From: an uncultured SAR324 cluster bacterium
GTDB taxonomy: Bacteria > SAR324 > NAC60-12
Assembly (NCBI GenBank): GCA_902590435.1
Contig: CACIWU010000002.1
Coordinates: 631-64,630 of the forward strand
Length of the DNA: 64,000 bases
Direction: 5' to 3'
Numbering within the stretch: position 1 is the first letter of the stretch; each line of letters begins with the position of its first letter. The translations under genes were made by a program, and so were the position numbers. Positions 15,417 to 26,247 of the stretch are shown here, piece after piece. Under the pieces are notes generated by a model that was not told the DNA's origin, did no database searches, and saw only the letters and a list, made by a program, of their open reading frames with translations.

Positions 15417-17651
15417 TCAGGAATACTTGAAAGTTAGCTGATCCTTTTTGATATCAATTTTAACCTCTCCTCCGTTTTCAAGCTTTCCAAACAAGACCTC
15501 ATCTGCTAAAGTTGTCTCAATTTCTCTTTGGATTGTCCTTCCCATAGGACGAGCACCAAATATTGGATCATATCCTTTTTTGGCGAGCCATTTTTTCGCT
15601 TTACTAGTTACATTAATAACGACCTTTTGTTGTTGAAGTTTTACCTCTAACTCTACTAGCATTTTTTCTACGACCATCAGAACAACTTTTTCAGGAAGTC
15701 CTGCAAAAGAAATTGTATCGTCAAGACGATTTCTAAATTCAGGACTAAAAACTTTTTCTATAGCTTTTTTAGATGGAGTCTTTGAAACTATTTTACCAAA
15801 TCCAATGGTACTTGAACTCATTTCTTTTGCACCAACATTTGACGTCATAATAAGAACAACATTTCTGAAGTCGGCTCTACGTCCATTGTTATCAGTTAAT
15901 GTAGCATGATCCATGACCTGTAAAAGGATATTAAAAATATCTGGATGCGCTTTTTCAATTTCATCCAGTAAAACCACACAATGAGGATTTTTTCTTACGG
16001 TATCTGTTAACAAACCACCTTGGTCAAATCCGACATATCCTGGCGGAGCTCCTATTAGACGTGAAACGGTATGTTTTTCCATGTACTCGCTCATATCAAA
16101 TCTTTCGAACTTAATTCCCAATATAAATGCTAATTGCTTTGCTAATTCAGTTTTTCCTACTCCAGTAGGTCCAGTAAATAGAAAAGAACCAATGGGATGT
16201 TCAGGATTATGAAGGCCGGCTCTAGAACGTTTTATAGAATGTACCAAAGAATCAATGGCTATATCCTGACCAAAAACCTGCATTTTTAATTCTTTTTCAA
16301 GCATGCGTAATTTGTTCTTGTCAGAAGAATTCATGCGATCAACAGGTACTCGTGCCATACTGGCAACCACCTTTTCAATATCCATTATGCCCACGGTTTT
16401 CCTTTTAGTACCAGGACCTAAACGTACCATTGATCCAGCTTCATCAATAACATCAATTGCTTTGTCAGGCAAATAACGTTCGTTAATATATTTTTCTGAA
16501 AGTTCAGCAGCAAATTTTAGTGAACTAGTTGTGTAACGAAGCTGATGGTGTTTTTCGTAACGAGATTTCAATCCTCTTAGAATTTTGATAGTTTCTACTG
16601 ATGTGGGTTCACAGATATCGATTTTTTGAAAACGACGAGATAGTGCACGATCCTTTTCAAAAATCTTTTTATATTCATCATATGTTGTAGATCCTATACA
16701 GCGAATTTCTCCATTTGCTAATGCCGGTTTTAATAAATTTGAAACATCCATAGAGCCGCTACTTGTAGATCCTGCTCCTATTATTGTATGTATTTCATCA
16801 ATAAATAAAATTGATCCTGGTTTTTTACTCAATGCTTTGAGCACGCCTTTTATTCTTTGTTCAAAATCTCCACGAAACTTTGTTCCTGCCAACAAGGCTC
16901 CGATATCGAGAGAAAAAACTTCAATTTGTTTAAGGATTTCAGGCGTTTCTCCATTAAAGATTTTTAAAGCAAGTCCTTGAGCAACAGCAGTTTTACCTAC
17001 TCCAGGATCACCAACATATATGGGGTTGTTTTTACGACGTCGGCACAAAATTTGGAAAGTTCGTTTAATTTCATTTTCTCTCCCAATTAGTGGATCAATT
17101 TTATTTTCTTCTGCTAACTGACTCAGGTTTTGAGTGTATAGCTCTAATGGATTATGATTTTGTCCGGTATGGTGACCTTCTTCATCTTCAACTATTTCAA
17201 AATCATGCTCTTTTTCTTCTTCAACTGGAGTTTTTGCAATTCCATGAGAAATATAATTTAGAAGATCCAATCTGGAAATATCTTGCTTTTGCAAAAAATA
17301 AGATGCATATGATCTAGATTCTCGGTGGATTGCTACAAGAACATCACCAATATCTGCAGAAGACTTTCCCGAACTATTAACATGCATTATTGCCAAATGA
17401 AGAACGCGTTGGACTGCTTTTGTTTGACGAGGCAATTTGTTTTCGTCAACTTTTTCCTGTTTTGAAAAAAAGTCTTCAAGATCATTTTTAATTATGTTTG
17501 AATCTCCGCCGCAATTGCTAATTACTTTTTGTCCCTCATCATTTTGTAGTAAAGCGAAAAGAATATGCTCAACACATAGATATTCATGATGTCGGTCAAT
17601 TGCCTCACTTTGGGCAGCCATCAAACATATTTCTAAATCTTTTGTAAACAT
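15417..17651 (-). CDS. clpA: ATP-dependent Clp protease ATP-binding subunit ClpA
   Basis: Two AAA+ modules ([16 protein letters not shown]). Immediately downstream of clpS. Confidence 0.95.
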   Translation of the reverse strand: MFTKDLEICLMAAQSEAIDRHHEYLCVEHILFALLQNDEGQKVISNCGGDSNIIKNDLEDFFSKQEKVDENKLPRQTKAVQRVLHLAIMHVNSSGKSSADIGDVLVAIHRESRSYASYFLQKQDISRLDLLNYISHGIAKTPVEEEKEHDFEIVEDEEGHHTGQNHNPLELYTQNLSQLAEENKIDPLIGRENEIKRTFQILCRRRKNNPIYVGDPGVGKTAVAQGLALKIFNGETPEILKQIEVFSLDIGALLAGTKFRGDFEQRIKGVLKALSKKPGSILFIDEIHTIIGAGSTSSGSMDVSNLLKPALANGEIRCIGSTTYDEYKKIFEKDRALSRRFQKIDICEPTSVETIKILRGLKSRYEKHHQLRYTTSSLKFAAELSEKYINERYLPDKAIDVIDEAGSMVRLGPGTKRKTVGIMDIEKVVASMARVPVDRMNSSDKNKLRMLEKELKMQVFGQDIAIDSLVHSIKRSRAGLHNPEHPIGSFLFTGPTGVGKTELAKQLAFILGIKFERFDMSEYMEKHTVSRLIGAPPGYVGFDQGGLLTDTVRKNPHCVVLLDEIEKAHPDIFNILLQVMDHATLTDNNGRRADFRNVVLIMTSNVGAKEMSSSTIGFGKIVSKTPSKKAIEKVFSPEFRNRLDDTISFAGLPEKVVLMVVEKMLVELEVKLQQQKVVINVTSKAKKWLAKKGYDPIFGARPMGRTIQREIETTLADEVLFGKLENGGEVKIDIKKDQLTFKYS

Positions 17652-17660
17652 GATCCAAAC

Positions 17661-17969
17661 TCAATTTTCTTCCATAGATGCTTGTAAAGGGAACTCATAT
17701 TGTTCTGCCAATCCATGCACAGATTCTACTTTCATTTCTGCAACTTCGTAAGAATAGGCTCCGCAAACTCCTATTCCATTAGTATGAACATGCATCATTA
17801 TTTGGGTTGCTTCGGTTAAACTTTTGTTGAAAATCTTTTCTAAAACGTATACCACAAATTCCATAGTGGTGTAGTTATCATTATGCAATAAAACTTTGAA
17901 ACTCTGGGGAGGTTTTAATTTAAGACGAGACTTTGATTTTAATTTTTCATCAACTTCAAACTCGCTCAT
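17661..17969 (-). CDS. clpS: ATP-dependent Clp protease adaptor ClpS
   Basis: 102 aa. Core FKVLLHNDNYTTMEFVVYVL...ATQIMMHVHTNG. Confidence 0.9.
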   Translation of the reverse strand: MSEFEVDEKLKSKSRLKLKPPQSFKVLLHNDNYTTMEFVVYVLEKIFNKSLTEATQIMMHVHTNGIGVCGAYSYEVAEMKVESVHGLAEQYEFPLQASMEEN

Positions 17970-18080
17970 ATACTTCCCATTACCAAATTATATTATTAAA
18001 TTTGTTTTTTGTTAAAGTTTCTTACTTATTGAACTTTAGACAAATTTTTTGTGAAGTCAATCCGTTTTTTCAAGTTAGCT

Positions 18081-18998
18081 CTATTTTGTTTTCATTATTA
18101 TTTTCTGTCCAGAAGTAATATTCTTCAAAAACACTCGACTTTCTGGAGGGATATCGTCAGTAATCCATACATTACCTCCGATTACTGAACCTTCTCCAAT
18201 TACAACATCTCCCAAAATAGTTGCTCCAGAATATACGATCACATTACTTTCGATTGTTGGGTGTCGTTTTAAGCTGGGATTAGCTAAGGAACTCTGAGGA
18301 CTTAGTGCTCCTAGGGTTACACCTTGATATAGACGGACTTGATCTTTAATTTTGGTCGTTTCACCAATCACAATTCCTGTGCCGTGATCGATCATGAATC
18401 CTTTCCCTATAGAGACGCCTGGATGGATATCAATTCCAGTTTTAGAGTGAATGTATTCAGTCATAATTCTAGGAATTAAAGGGACATTCCTTTTGTGTAA
18501 AAAATTAGCAATTCTGTATACACTTACTGCCTGAAGGCCGGGATAAGCTAAAACAATTTCTCTCTTACTTACTGATGCAGGATCACCATTTAAAATAGCA
18601 TCAACATCTTCTGAAAGGATGTCCCTTAATTGAGGAAGGTATTCTAATAACTCAAAGGCAATAATTTCGACCTGTTGCCCAAATTCTTGTTGATCATCAC
18701 AGTTTTTCCCTTCCTCAGTTGCTTTCCAGCAAAGTACTTGTTCGATATAATCTTTAAGGCGATAGAATATGGAAACAGTTTGTTGACCAATCAAATGTGG
18801 TAAATTCAGGTCATTGAATGAATCTTGTCTTATTAAACCAGGAAATAATAATACCTGAATATCCTGTATAAGTGTGATTATATTTTCCTTAGCAGGTAAT
18901 GTAATGTCACTAATGTGTTCTATTTCAGGATGGTTTTTATAAGAATCCAATAGTTCATCTATTATTTTCTTTAATCTTTTTTCTTTGTTGGTTGACAT
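18081..18998 (-). CDS. cysE: serine O-acetyltransferase (long form)
   Basis: Hexapeptide-repeat C-terminal half DIHPGVSIGKGFMIDHGTGIVIGETTKI..., plus a helical SATase N-domain. Confidence 0.85.
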   Translation of the reverse strand: MSTNKEKRLKKIIDELLDSYKNHPEIEHISDITLPAKENIITLIQDIQVLLFPGLIRQDSFNDLNLPHLIGQQTVSIFYRLKDYIEQVLCWKATEEGKNCDDQQEFGQQVEIIAFELLEYLPQLRDILSEDVDAILNGDPASVSKREIVLAYPGLQAVSVYRIANFLHKRNVPLIPRIMTEYIHSKTGIDIHPGVSIGKGFMIDHGTGIVIGETTKIKDQVRLYQGVTLGALSPQSSLANPSLKRHPTIESNVIVYSGATILGDVVIGEGSVIGGNVWITDDIPPESRVFLKNITSGQKIIMKTK

Positions 18999-19124
18999 AT
19001 TAATTTAACAGCTTATTTATAATTTCTTTATATCATTCAATGAAAGCAAACTTATTCAATATTGAGTAAAAACAAACTAAATGTTATGCTTGGGAAATAT
19101 ATATTGTACAACTAAAAACTTCCA

Positions 19125-19799
19125 ATGCATAATTACAAAAAAGAATTTATTGAATTTATTGTCCGAGTAGACGCAATTCAATTTGGTAATTTTACTCTCA
19201 AAAACGGTAGAAAGTCACCTTATTTTTTCAATTCTTCAAAATTCAACACGGGTATACTAATAGATGAACTTGGTTTATATTATGCTTCTGCTATTGAGGA
19301 AAATGCTCAAGATTGTAATTTGATTTTTGGTCCAGCATACAAAGGCATTCCTTTATGTATATCTTCAGCAAGTGCCCTTTCCAAAAAGTTAAAGCATGAT
19401 ATAGGGTATTTTTTTAATAGAAAAGAGAAAAAAAATTATGGAGATCATGGTATTCTCGTTGGTCAAAACCCCCTTGCAAAAGATGTAGTTGTTATGGTCG
19501 ATGATGTAATAACTGATGGACGTACGAAAATTGAATTAATTGATTTGATTAAAGAACTTTGTGAGGTAGAAGTTAAAGGAGTAGTAGTTGCTTTGGATCG
19601 TATGGAAAAAAACTCACATGGTGTTGACGCAATTAACGAATTTCAGCAAATTACCGGAATTCCTGTCTGGCCAATCATAACAATTAGAGAAATTTATGAC
19701 TACTTAAGATATAGTGAATTTGACAGATCACCAACGCTGGAAAAGTCAACCTATGAGAAAATTGAAAATTATCTTTCAAATTATTGTGTCCAATCCTAA
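19125..19799 (+). CDS. pyrE: orotate phosphoribosyltransferase
   Basis: FTLKNGRKSPYFFN and PRPP-binding loop VVMVDDVITDGRTK. Confidence 0.9.
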   Translation: MHNYKKEFIEFIVRVDAIQFGNFTLKNGRKSPYFFNSSKFNTGILIDELGLYYASAIEENAQDCNLIFGPAYKGIPLCISSASALSKKLKHDIGYFFNRKEKKNYGDHGILVGQNPLAKDVVVMVDDVITDGRTKIELIDLIKELCEVEVKGVVVALDRMEKNSHGVDAINEFQQITGIPVWPIITIREIYDYLRYSEFDRSPTLEKSTYEKIENYLSNYCVQS

Positions 19800-19902
19800 A
19801 CGATCTTACAATTTAAAATCCTCAGTTCAAAAAAAATTTTGTAGTCAGAATCAGTTTATTTTAAATAATTTTTAAAAGTTAAAACTCATATCTAACACAT
19901 CC

Positions 19903-20337
19903 ATGCAAAAATTGCAAGAATCAGAGCGGAGTAACCAACGAGCAAAAATTTCCTGGGAACAATCAAAACAAGATTTGGAAATGGCTAAATCATGTATAAG
20001 AACCAGTCCAGACACGAGTTGTCTTTTGAGCAATCAGTCAGCGATTAATGCTTTTAGCTCAATTTTAAATGCAAAAGGGTTCTTTCAACTTCCAGCATAT
20101 TCATCTATAGAAATGCTAAATATTTGTAGTTCAATTTTTCCAGAATTTGAGAAGACAAGAATTTATTGTGAGACACTTGACAGTTCTTTAAATCGTGATT
20201 TATTGGGGCAGCCTAGACAAAAAAATATTTCTTTTACCGAAGCATTTGCAAAAACTTCCTATGATGCAAGCTTGGCAATTCAAAAAATTATTAAGGACTA
20301 TTTTAAGCAGAATAAGGATCTTTTTTTTGAACCCTAA
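19903..20337 (+). CDS. hypothetical all-helical protein, HEPN-like layout without obvious RxxxxH
   Basis: 144 aa. The helix pattern W..S..DL..A...(loop)...QSAINAFSSILNAKG resembles HEPN, but I see no catalytic Arg/His dyad. Confidence 0.35.
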   Translation: MQKLQESERSNQRAKISWEQSKQDLEMAKSCIRTSPDTSCLLSNQSAINAFSSILNAKGFFQLPAYSSIEMLNICSSIFPEFEKTRIYCETLDSSLNRDLLGQPRQKNISFTEAFAKTSYDASLAIQKIIKDYFKQNKDLFFEP

Positions 20338-20511
20338 ATATTTTTTCAAAAAAATTTAATTTTGAAATTTATCTTCCTCTTAAATTTTAATCATTTCAAG
20401 ATTTTTGTTATTATAATAATTCAGTTTAATAAAACTAATTTAATCAAAAAAATTAAAGAGATAGTGTCTTATTAAGAGTTTGTTTAAACTATGAAAAATT
20501 AATAATTTTTT

Positions 20512-21135
20512 TTGGTTATGTTGAAAAAAATCAGGCAAAGACTTAATGTTTTTCAGCCTAAAAATAATCCAAATTTTCAAAGAAGAGCTTCGGTACTTAT
20601 ACCTCTTATCGAAATTAGAGGTGAAATTTTTGTCTTGTTTACAGTACGCTCCAAACATTTACGTTCACATCCAGGTCAAGTTTCTTTTCCAGGAGGCAAG
20701 CAGGACTATCAAGATTCAAATTCTCTCGAAACAGCACTAAGAGAAACTGATGAAGAAATAGGTTTGAATCCAGAAAAAGTAGAAATTTTAGGAAGAATAG
20801 ATCAAATTATTTCTCTATATAATTATTTGGTTACCCCTTTTGTTGGCCTTATACCCTCAGATTTTTCGCCAAATCCGAACCTAGATGAAATTGAGGAAGT
20901 TTTCAAAGTTCCACTTTCTTTTTTTATGAAAAGTAATAATCATTGGTCGGAAGAATATGAATCTTCATCTTCAAAAGTGCTAATTCATCATTTTGATTTT
21001 GACGGTTTTGATATTTGGGGACTTACAGCAAAATTGATCTTACGATTACTGGATATTGGTTTGGGTTACGCGCCAGATTTTCAAGTACATCACCCTGACT
21101 TTCCTACATGGATGGAAAGAGCCCAAGAAAACTGA
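20512..21135 (+). CDS. NUDIX hydrolase, CoA pyrophosphatase type
   Basis: VLFTVRSKHLRSHPGQVSFPGGKQD...LETALRETDEEIGL: a Nudix box preceded by the LRxHxGQxxFPGG CoA-pyrophosphatase signature. Confidence 0.8.
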   Translation: MVMLKKIRQRLNVFQPKNNPNFQRRASVLIPLIEIRGEIFVLFTVRSKHLRSHPGQVSFPGGKQDYQDSNSLETALRETDEEIGLNPEKVEILGRIDQIISLYNYLVTPFVGLIPSDFSPNPNLDEIEEVFKVPLSFFMKSNNHWSEEYESSSSKVLIHHFDFDGFDIWGLTAKLILRLLDIGLGYAPDFQVHHPDFPTWMERAQEN

Positions 21136-21570
21136 AATTAAAAGAACCATCTTTTTTTATTGAAAAATGGTTTGCTTTAATATTTAGAACTTAAAAAGAG
21201 ATTAGATTAGTAAAATTTTAAAATTCTAATTTGTAATAATGATATTAAATTTAAATTTACTAATTCTCTTTTTTGAGAATTTCTTTAAAAAGCCTATTCA
21301 TAGAATATTGGTAAAAAATTAATTACGGCATCTATAAATTGGAAATAATTATTCATAAGTTTTTAAAAAATATTTCTTTTCTGTATTATTTATGCTGTTT
21401 TAAAGATTTAAAAATTTTATTTATGGAGAAAAAGTCTTTTTATTTTGTATTCTAAAAAATTGTTAGGCTTAAAGATTGCATCTTTTTAAGGAAATCTTTG
21501 AATGAGATTTGTAAATTGAAGGCTTGGGGAACTCGCTTTTTTATGGTCAACCTTTTCATTAAGGGAATTT

Positions 21571-22236
21571 ATGAAGAAAAAAATTTGCTTGCTGTATTTA
21601 TTGGTTTTTTACTACAGCGCAATTGTGTATGCTCAAGAAGGAGGAGGCGAGTCAGCGAGTAACAGATTAGGACAAATTTTAAGATTAGGACAGAAAACCG
21701 GAATTCATTTGATGTACTCTACATCACAGCCGTTTGTACTAGATTTTCCCGGTGAAGTTTGGACAATGGGAATAGCTTCTGGATCAGGGAAATATGATTA
21801 TACTTACTCAGACTATAATTCATCAACTGGAAATACCTCTACAAAATCACAAAGTATTAATTTTAGTCTCTCAGAATTGAATTTTAGATTCTATATAGGA
21901 AATTCATTCAATATTCCCTTTGGTTATGCTAATTACAAAATTTCATATCCTGATTGGATATATTCTGGTGTTACTTATGATATTGATTATTCTATAACTC
22001 AGTTAAATTACGGTATCGGAAATGAGTGGACCTATGATTGGGGAGGTTATCTTGGAATAGATTGGTACCAAAGTGGAAATATTCTTAGTGAAGAAATAAC
22101 TGTAAAACATAAGTCTGGAACAGAAACTTCCACTACATTGGCAAAAGCAAAAGAAACATCAACCGATATTGAGGCTTTTTCTGGAACTTTTGTGGTTACA
22201 TTCGGATTCGGATTCGGAGGCGGAGAAGGGGAGTAA
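21571..22236 (+). CDS. putative small outer-membrane beta-barrel protein
   Basis: Signal peptide ...YSAIVYAQE. Tyr/Gly/Trp-rich strand pattern. C-terminal FVVTFGFGFGGGEGE. Confidence 0.4.
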   Translation: MKKKICLLYLLVFYYSAIVYAQEGGGESASNRLGQILRLGQKTGIHLMYSTSQPFVLDFPGEVWTMGIASGSGKYDYTYSDYNSSTGNTSTKSQSINFSLSELNFRFYIGNSFNIPFGYANYKISYPDWIYSGVTYDIDYSITQLNYGIGNEWTYDWGGYLGIDWYQSGNILSEEITVKHKSGTETSTTLAKAKETSTDIEAFSGTFVVTFGFGFGGGEGE

Positions 22237-22254
22237 TTAAATATTTAATTACCC

Positions 22255-22629
22255 TTACTGAATTTTTTCCAAAATTTTTTCTGACCATTCTTCAGGATAT
22301 AATGTTTTTTTAGCTTCCTCTAGAATATCTTTAATTTCATCTTTGTTTTTAATGGGATGTAGTATTCGAACACCTTTTTGGACACCAGTACCACTCGGGG
22401 ACTCAAAAGCACGATTTGTTTTACTATATCTGAGACCTATCTTGGGTAGCCATTCTAGAACTATTTCTCCAAAAATAAATTGAAACTGGTGAATATTTTT
22501 TTCATAGTCAATCCAAATGAATCCGTAGGCGTTAGCTCGATTTACACATCCAAATGTTATTTTTTTTAGTCCGTTTACTTCCTCTTTTGATTTTTTAGAA
22601 CTGATTACATAAAAATGAATATGACTCAT
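22255..22629 (-). CDS. hypothetical protein
   Basis: 124-aa ORF with no recognisable motif. Isolated between convergent and divergent neighbours. Confidence 0.45.
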   Translation of the reverse strand: MSHIHFYVISSKKSKEEVNGLKKITFGCVNRANAYGFIWIDYEKNIHQFQFIFGEIVLEWLPKIGLRYSKTNRAFESPSGTGVQKGVRILHPIKNKDEIKDILEEAKKTLYPEEWSEKILEKIQ

Positions 22630-22776
22630 AATTCAATTCTCCTTGTCTTGCCTTTTCACAATATTTCGCTGATTATGCTATTTTAACTTTAATGGTTCAG
22701 ACAAAACAGTTTTTTTTGTCTTTTGTGAAATTTGCTAGATTTATATATTCCTGAAAAATAATATTGTTAATTAAAT

Positions 22777-23511
22777 ATGAGCCTTGTAAGGGTTGTTGTC
22801 AACGGATCAAAAGGTCGAATGGGCAAGGAATCGGTCAGAGCAGTAAGTGAGGATTCTGAATTGGATTTAGTAGGTCAGACTGATATAAATGATAATCTTT
22901 CTGAAATAATTAGCCAAAGAAAGGCACAAGTTGTATTGGATTTCACACATGCAGATGTTGTGATGGAAGTAGCTGTTAGTATTATCAAATCAGGAGCGAG
23001 ACCGGTAATTGGAACTAGTGGTTTGTTGCCTCAACAAGTTGATGAGCTTCAAAAGCTTTGCAGAAAACAAAAAATTGGCGGTGTGATTGCTCCGAATTTT
23101 GCCATTGGAGCGGTATTGATGATGAAATATTCCCAGGATGCAGCTAAATATTTACCTAATGCTGAAGTGATTGAATTTCACCATGATGGCAAGTTAGATT
23201 CACCTTCAGGAACTGCAATCAAAACAGCAAATTTAATTGCAGGAGTCCGTAAAAATATTACAAAAACTTCATCTGAAAAAGAAATTATCAAGGGATCTAG
23301 AGGCGGGGATTCTGAAGGGGTTCAAATTCATTCTGTTAGGCTTCCTGGTTTGATTGCTCATCAGGAAGTAATTTTTGGTGGACAAAGCCAGACTTTGACT
23401 ATAAGACACGATTCAATGCACCGAGAATCATTTATGCCGGGAGTTTGTCTTGCTTGCAAAAAAGTTATGGACTTAAAAGAACTTGTATATGGATTAGAGA
23501 CTTTACTTTAA
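22777..23511 (+). CDS. dapB: 4-hydroxy-tetrahydrodipicolinate reductase
   Basis: VVNGSKGRMG N-terminal Rossmann motif. EFHHDGKLDSPSGTA catalytic motif. Confidence 0.9.
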   Translation: MSLVRVVVNGSKGRMGKESVRAVSEDSELDLVGQTDINDNLSEIISQRKAQVVLDFTHADVVMEVAVSIIKSGARPVIGTSGLLPQQVDELQKLCRKQKIGGVIAPNFAIGAVLMMKYSQDAAKYLPNAEVIEFHHDGKLDSPSGTAIKTANLIAGVRKNITKTSSEKEIIKGSRGGDSEGVQIHSVRLPGLIAHQEVIFGGQSQTLTIRHDSMHRESFMPGVCLACKKVMDLKELVYGLETLL

Positions 23512-23527
23512 TAAAAATGAAAAAAAT

Positions 23528-24451
23528 TTATTTTTTTTTTTCAGAAAATTTTTGACCTCTTGGATGCAGTTTATGATAAATATTGAAAAAATCGGGACGA
23601 TTTATATGTGAATATTGTAAAGTCGCATCAAGGCTGACATATCCGAATAAGCTCATAATGTCTGATAAATCTACTCCATTTTGCAAAAGGTGTACAGCAA
23701 ACGAGTGTCGTAAAATCCTAGGGTTAATATTATTTGTGATACCTGCTCGTATCGCATGTTTTTTTATCATTGACCAGAACCCTACTCGGCTCATTCGAGT
23801 ACCATTCCTGCCTGGGAATAAGCATGGATCTTCTGAATTAAGCAAACGATTTGTTCTTCCTTGATTAATGTATACCCTTAGAAATTCTATGGCTTTTGAT
23901 GTAATCGGAACCATTCGCTCTTTTTTTGATCGAATTTTCAAAAATTCCAAATCCAAAAAGATATCTTCTAAATCAAGTCCTAGTAATTCTTTGACTTTTA
24001 GACCACTAGAATATAGTAATTCCATCATTGCTCTGTCCCTTAATCCTAAGTAATGGTCAATTGAAGGTGATTCAAGTAGAGCAATTACCTCTTCTGTGGA
24101 TAAAATTTCTGGGGCTTCTGGCATGATTTCTGGGAAACGAAGTCTGTGAGCTGGGCTAGTAGTTATAATACCTCTTAATTCTAAGTGACTAAAAAATAGT
24201 TTCAATGATGAAATGTGTCTAGCCAAAGTTCTTGGTTTATACTTTTTACCTAGAAGGATAACGTATTCTTCAATGTCAGATTGTTTTAGTTTGCGTAATA
24301 GATAAACAAGTTTTTTGTTGTCTAAATTTTCTTCTTTGACATCAAACCATTTAAAAAATTTTTTTAAATCCTGTTGGTGAGAGCTAATACTATTAGTTGC
24401 ATATTTTTTGCTCCGAAGTGTTTCTATAAACTCCAAAACAATTTCCTGCAT
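23528..24451 (-). CDS. tyrosine recombinase, XerC/XerD-like
   Basis: SAM-like N-domain. Catalytic region ...LYSSGLKVKELLGL..., RHSFAVHLLQNGVDLSDIMSLFGYVSLDATLQYSH (R..H-R-Y pattern). Confidence 0.8.
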   Translation of the reverse strand: MQEIVLEFIETLRSKKYATNSISSHQQDLKKFFKWFDVKEENLDNKKLVYLLRKLKQSDIEEYVILLGKKYKPRTLARHISSLKLFFSHLELRGIITTSPAHRLRFPEIMPEAPEILSTEEVIALLESPSIDHYLGLRDRAMMELLYSSGLKVKELLGLDLEDIFLDLEFLKIRSKKERMVPITSKAIEFLRVYINQGRTNRLLNSEDPCLFPGRNGTRMSRVGFWSMIKKHAIRAGITNNINPRILRHSFAVHLLQNGVDLSDIMSLFGYVSLDATLQYSHINRPDFFNIYHKLHPRGQKFSEKKK

Positions 24452-24511
24452 AGGTTACAATTTTTATAGGGAATTTAAACTGGTTTAATATATGAGATTT
24501 GCCAAAGTAAA

Positions 24512-24700
24512 CAAAAAGTCCGCGATGTCGTGTGTAAAATGCGCTTTTGTTTCCTTGTTCACACAAGGTGGAGTAATGTTATAAAAGGTTCAGGCTTGCT
24601 GCTTAATTTGCAGCCATGCACACTCCTTTCAGGGACTAACTCCTATCTGAAAAAATCAGGAAGCAAAAGTTTCACATCACGATCACCGCAGACAATATTT
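24512..24700 (-). ncRNA. ssrS: 6S RNA
   Basis: Immediately downstream of zapA, as in E. coli. About 185 nt. 5' CTGCGGTGATCGTGATGTG pairs with 3' CACACGACATCGCGG, followed by a T-run. Internal AGTCCCTGA, apical GCATGGCTGC-AAATTAA-GCAGCAAGCCT and 3'-side hairpin CCACCTTG-TGTGAA-CAAGG occur in the same order as the E. coli elements GUCCCCUGA, GCAUGCUCGG..CCGAGAAGCCU and CACCUUGAACCAAGG. Confidence 0.7.
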
Positions 24701-24789
24701 TGAATCCTTAAATTCAAGATATTTAAGCTGCTTTTTAATTTTTTAATTTGATAAGAAATTAAATCTTCCTGAAATCAACAGTCAAAATA

Positions 24790-25083
24790 TTATTTTGTTA
24801 GAACTTCTTCAAGTCGGAAACATAAGTTATTAAGATCGTCTTCAATACCGTCATATTTGGAAATGCTTTTTTTTAATGTTAGGAGTTTATCAGCCAAATT
24901 TAATGCTACCAATAAAGCTACATTTGTCGGGCCAAAAGCGTCTGTATTTTCACTAACATCAGCGATTTGTTGATCTAAAAATTTTTCTACTTCTCTTACG
25001 TGATCTTCGCCGTAAGGGCTTGAAATAGAGAATCTGTTCCCGTTTATATTTATCTGGTATTGTCTACTATCGTTCTGCTCCAA
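24790..25083 (-). CDS. zapA: cell division protein ZapA
   Basis: 97 aa. YQININGNRFSISSPYGEDHVREVEKFLDQQI... followed by a coiled-coil tail. Confidence 0.8.
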   Translation of the reverse strand: MEQNDSRQYQININGNRFSISSPYGEDHVREVEKFLDQQIADVSENTDAFGPTNVALLVALNLADKLLTLKKSISKYDGIEDDLNNLCFRLEEVLTK

Positions 25084-25310
25084 AAAAACTCCTTTTTTGA
25101 AAACTGTGTGATGTTTTTCCGCCTCAACTTATTTATAACAAATTAAATTTCAAAGTGATACCTATCAATAGAAGCAGATGCGAAAAATCTCAAGATGTGA
25201 TAGGATTGAAATCCTCTACTTACAGGCATAATTTCTAACAGGTTTTTTTTGATAAAGCAATTCCATTTTGACTGTAATAAATAAATAAATACATTTTGTT
25301 TTGAAAGTTA

Positions 25311-26207
25311 ATGAAAAAGATGTCTTATTCAAGAATATTAAGTGATGAGACCCGCAAAGAATTTGGAGGGTTAATTATATTAGATCAGCTTATGCGATAT
25401 GATCTATTGTTTGAGGAAAGAGAAGGGTTAAAAGTGACAATTGATAAGCTTGAAGTGATAATTTCTGAATTAAATAAGGGGTTTTTTCATTCTGAAGAAC
25501 AAGAACAAGAACTAAATTTTCAAAAAGAAGAGTTAGACGAAGCCAAAGATGCATTTTCTCAAATAGAAAAAGAAATTGAAGAAAATGAAAAATTCAGAAT
25601 TAATATTGCTCTTGTTGAAAAAAATGAATCTGGACTTGAGTCTTTATTAAATTTTCTGGAAGAACGAAAGGTGTTGACCGTAGGTGAAGATAATTATTAC
25701 TGGCCGACCAAAAAAGGAAGAGAGTTATATTGTCAATTGGTAGAACAACTAGAAACTTATATAATCCATTTTGAGGTTTTTGCATATGTTGATCTAGAGA
25801 ATGGAGATTTTGGTGATCCAAAAAATGATTTACTTGAAGGGAATCGATGGTCTGATTTAAGAGTTGCAGTTGCCGAGTTTAAAGGGATTGATCCTTTTAG
25901 AGTAGTTTTTTTATCAATGATGAGCGATGAAATATTTTTTGAAAATCCCGACTGGAAATTTGATTTAGGACTTGGAACTCTTTTTGATGAATTGGAACAA
26001 ATAGTTCAAGATCAACTAGGTATAGATGATTTGAGTTACGAAGATCAAGAGGGGACGGTCTCAGGGGAGGACGTTATAAGAGATATTATAGAACAAGGTA
26101 AGTTTTTAGCGGATAAAAGTCGTAAAAGTAAAATCGAGACAGAAAAAAATATTCAAATTGGTGAATTAGCTAATGAACAAATTTTAACAAAAAACTATTT
26201 GTGGTAA
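25311..26207 (+). CDS. hypothetical acidic protein with coiled-coil N-terminal half
   Basis: 298-aa ORF, Glu/Asp-rich. No motif I can name. Confidence 0.5.
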   Translation: MKKMSYSRILSDETRKEFGGLIILDQLMRYDLLFEEREGLKVTIDKLEVIISELNKGFFHSEEQEQELNFQKEELDEAKDAFSQIEKEIEENEKFRINIALVEKNESGLESLLNFLEERKVLTVGEDNYYWPTKKGRELYCQLVEQLETYIIHFEVFAYVDLENGDFGDPKNDLLEGNRWSDLRVAVAEFKGIDPFRVVFLSMMSDEIFFENPDWKFDLGLGTLFDELEQIVQDQLGIDDLSYEDQEGTVSGEDVIRDIIEQGKFLADKSRKSKIETEKNIQIGELANEQILTKNYLW

Positions 26208-26247
26208 GAAACTTACTTTCCAGAATAAATTAGGAAAATATCTTAAA

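Noticed and set aside
23528-24451. The tyrosine recombinase as the integrase of the tRNA-Ala islets.
   Set aside because: It lies about 12 kb away on the other side of the tRNAs, among housekeeping genes (dapB, ssrS-zapA). It has XerC/D-like length and motifs, so it is more likely the chromosome dimer resolvase.
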